64,000 bases of DNA, from contig OZ218955.1 in NCBI GenBank assembly GCA_965112735.1, positions 3,782,001 through 3,846,000 on the forward strand, in the 5' to 3' direction. The notes beneath the pieces are model-generated. The model ran no database searches. It saw only the letters and a list, made by a program, of their open reading frames with translations, and was not told where the DNA came from. Positions within the stretch are counted from its first letter, which is position 1. Each line of letters begins with the position of its first letter. Of this stretch, positions 61,601 to 64,000 are shown one piece after another. Both the position numbers and the translations under genes were made by a program. The DNA is from Phaeosaccion multiseriatum (Eukaryota > Protista > Ochrophyta, other classes).

Positions 61601-63599
61601 CGGAGGCAACCTCAGTCATATTGGAAGGCGCCACAGAACCCCCAATACCCAAAACCCAACCCCCAACTTGACCTACTTGATCCACTTCACCCACCTTGTA
61701 GTCTCCTCTCATAGGCGATGGCGGGGGAGTGGGAGGAGCCGTCCAACAGAGCCAAACACGCTGCTGAGCGCTGCATCTCCACATCCACTGAGTGCGTGTG
61801 TGTGTGTGAGAGAGAGAGAGAGGGAGGGAGAGGGAGGGAGGGAGGGAGGAACAAGCGGGGGGGGAGACGCCGGCGCGGGCGACAGCGACAGCAAGAACAA
61901 CAAATGGAGGGAGGGGTGAACAACCAACAGCACAACCAAACGGAGAGAGTGGGGGGGGGATTGCCGCCGAAACGCTCCTGGCAAAGAAACCCGCTCCTTC
62001 AAATTTTTGCTCCCCTCTTTCCTTCCTCCCCTTGTTCACCTCGTCCCCACCCTTTCCTCCCCTCCCTCCCTCCTCCCCTCCCCCCCCCCTCCCCTCCTCC
62101 CCTCCTCACCTTCGTCGCAGCTCGAAGCCGCGTTGAAGTGTTCTCTCGCCGCTCCCAATACCGCCCTCTCCGCCCGCGCCCTCGCATTCGATCCTGTCCC
62201 TCCACCTGCCCCGGCCTCGGGCCCTGCCTCTGGTCCTCCTACCCCATTGCCCACCCCTGTGACCCCATCTACCCCCCCCTCTCCCTCCCCCTGCCCCTCT
62301 CCCTTCCCCACCCCCTCCCCCTCCGCCTCCCTTGCGCACAGCTCCTCCACCAGTCGGGCAGCAAGGCCGAAGCTGCCCTCCGTCAAGGCCACTTTTAACA
62401 ACCGCTCCACCACCCACGCCTCCTCCACCCCGGGGAACACCTTCCTGCGCAGTTCCGCCATCTCCGAATACAGCGTCCACCCCCGGGCCTCCTCCCCCCC
62501 CTCCTCCACCCCCTGCCGTACCACCAACTCGTGCGGCTGCCCGGAGCCTCTCAACACCGCCGCCATACCGCTAACACACATACGATCGATAAGCTCCCGG
62601 CCAAACTCCGAGAAGCGTTCCACATCCCCTCCCCCTCCCCCTCCCTCTCCATTGGGCCCGCCTCCCCTCTCCAGGAAGGTGGCCAATGGCGGGGACAGTA
62701 CGCCCCTCTTGGTGAGCATCTCTGCGGCAGTGAGGTGCCTCTCGAGTGCGTCCAATCGGCTCTGGAACTCCTCCGACGAGTCGCTCTCTGCCCTCCCACA
62801 GCAGTTGGTGATACGGCAGCAGTTGCGGTCAGGTCAGGTTAAGGGGCAGGTTAGAAAGGTTCGGTCAGAAAGGTAGATGCAATGGGAGGTAGGAAGGCCG
62901 AATGAGAGGTAGACAGACCCAATGAGAGGTAGATAGAACCAGTGAGAGGTAGATACACCAAATGAGAGGTAGACATACCAATGAGAGGAATGAGAGGTAG
63001 ATAGACCCAATGAAAGGTAGACAGATTCACCCAATGAGAGGTAGATAGATTCACCCAATGAGAGGTAGATCCACCCAATGAAAGGTAGACAGATTCACCC
63101 AATGAGAGGTAGATAGATTCACCCAAGGAGAGGTAGATACACCCAATGAGAGGTAGATAGACCCAATGAGAGGTAGATAGATTCACCCAATGAGAGGTAG
63201 ATACACCCAATGCGAGGTAGATAGACCCAATGAGAGGTAGATTCACCCAATGAGAGGTAGATTCACCCAATGAGAGGTAGATACACCCAATGAGAGGTAG
63301 ATAGACCCAATGCGAGGTAGATAGACAAAATGAGGCGCACCTGAGTGGGGGGCGTGCATGGCGGCCCAACTGTCGAGGCGCACAGGCATGCACTCAAGCA
63401 TCTGCCAGCAGCTCTCCAGAGCAAGGCCCGAGGGGGCAAGGGAATCGCGTTCGCCGAAGGAGTAGCAGGCGTCCAGGCAGAGGCCGACGAGGCGTCTTTG
63501 GCTGCAGATGAGGCGGTCTGCTGAGGGGAGGGTGGACTTGGAGGCATTGAGTACGGCGGCGCACAGCTCCAGAGAGAGCGCGCAGGGGTCGTTCTTCAC
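54295..63599 (-). CDS. NBAS: NBAS/Sec39-like protein (neuroblastoma-amplified sequence), 3' part; 5' exons lie beyond the window
   Basis: Sec39-like segments LCLDACYSF...CWQMLECMP, LERHLTAAEML, AAREHFNAASS, AACLALL, VPLQMRL, followed by LPGVDPLRFSADAEY and HVGLLRRL...GLDYKRLM. Confidence 0.8.
62870..63330. repeat. 18-24-bp variable minisatellite (core ACCCAATGAGAGGTAGA) x ~20 filling an NBAS intron
   Basis: Direct tandem copies with length variants. Confidence 0.95.
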
Positions 63600-64000
63600 C
63601 TAAGACCGGGGGTGGGGTTGGGTTCGTGTGAGGAGGAGGAGGGGGAGGAGGAGGAGGAGGGGCAGGAGGAGGAGGAGGAGGAGGAGCAGGAGCAGGAGGA
63701 GGAGGAGGAGGAGGAGGAGGGGCAGGAGAAGGGGCAGGAGAGGGAGGAGGAGGAGGAGGAGGAGATAGAGGAGATAGAGGATGGTGCGATGTGTGACTAT
63801 ATCGGTATCGATGTCATGGCACGCGCGCGGGTCTTCGACATGCCGACAACCTTCCCTCTCTCTCACACTCATGCACGCATCCACCCACACTTACGTCCGC
63901 ATGCACGCACGCACCCACGCATGCACGCACTCACTCACCGAGGCACTCCCTCCCTCCCTCTCTCCCCCCCCCCTCCTCCCTCCCGCCTCCCTCCCCCCTT

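Noticed and set aside
10404-63330. Tandem arrays (28, 56, 36, 30 and ~20 bp units) as CRISPR arrays
   Set aside because: Units are contiguous with no unique spacers, there are no cas genes, and the context is eukaryotic intronic DNA.
895-63890. Hundreds of short overlapping ORFs (poly-L, poly-S, KERK, THSL, LPPS etc.)
   Set aside because: They are translations of microsatellites or antisense/alternate frames of GC-rich genes.

Overview
This is gene-dense, GC-rich, microsatellite-laden eukaryotic nuclear DNA with short spliceosomal introns. The gene content (FEA1/phytotransferrin-like protein, BBS1, CPW-type ankyrin genes) suggests a flagellate-stage alga, probably an ochrophyte stramenopile; that assignment is inference. 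I can support about 15 protein-coding genes, in order: FEA1-like iron-uptake protein (+), giant CaaX Rab (-), FAD oxidoreductase (-), Nudix CoA pyrophosphatase-like (+), P2B Ca2+-ATPase (-), BBS1 (+), Ctr copper transporter (-), tesmin/LIN54 CXC protein (+), PH protein (-), ankyrin protein (+), an inverted pair of intronless F-box-like/CPW-ankyrin paralogs (-/+), coiled-coil/ankyrin protein (-), EMC3 (+) and a 5'-truncated NBAS/Sec39 (-). There is also a possible orphan (+). Most ORF-track entries are artefacts of simple repeats. The most unusual signals are: (1) a dispersed 13-nt DNA word CAGTTGGTGRTAC, and a second word CAGTCATATGGGCA, embedded in CAG tracts, read in different frames inside unrelated genes and also found in non-coding DNA; (2) near-perfect alternation of gene strand across the window; (3) an intron built from seven back-to-back 56-nt GT...AG units; (4) an intronless inverted ankyrin-like gene pair with a 47-nt identical tract; (5) a ~920-aa Rab and an NBAS carrying an internal UBA domain. 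All exon models are by eye and need RNA-seq confirmation.
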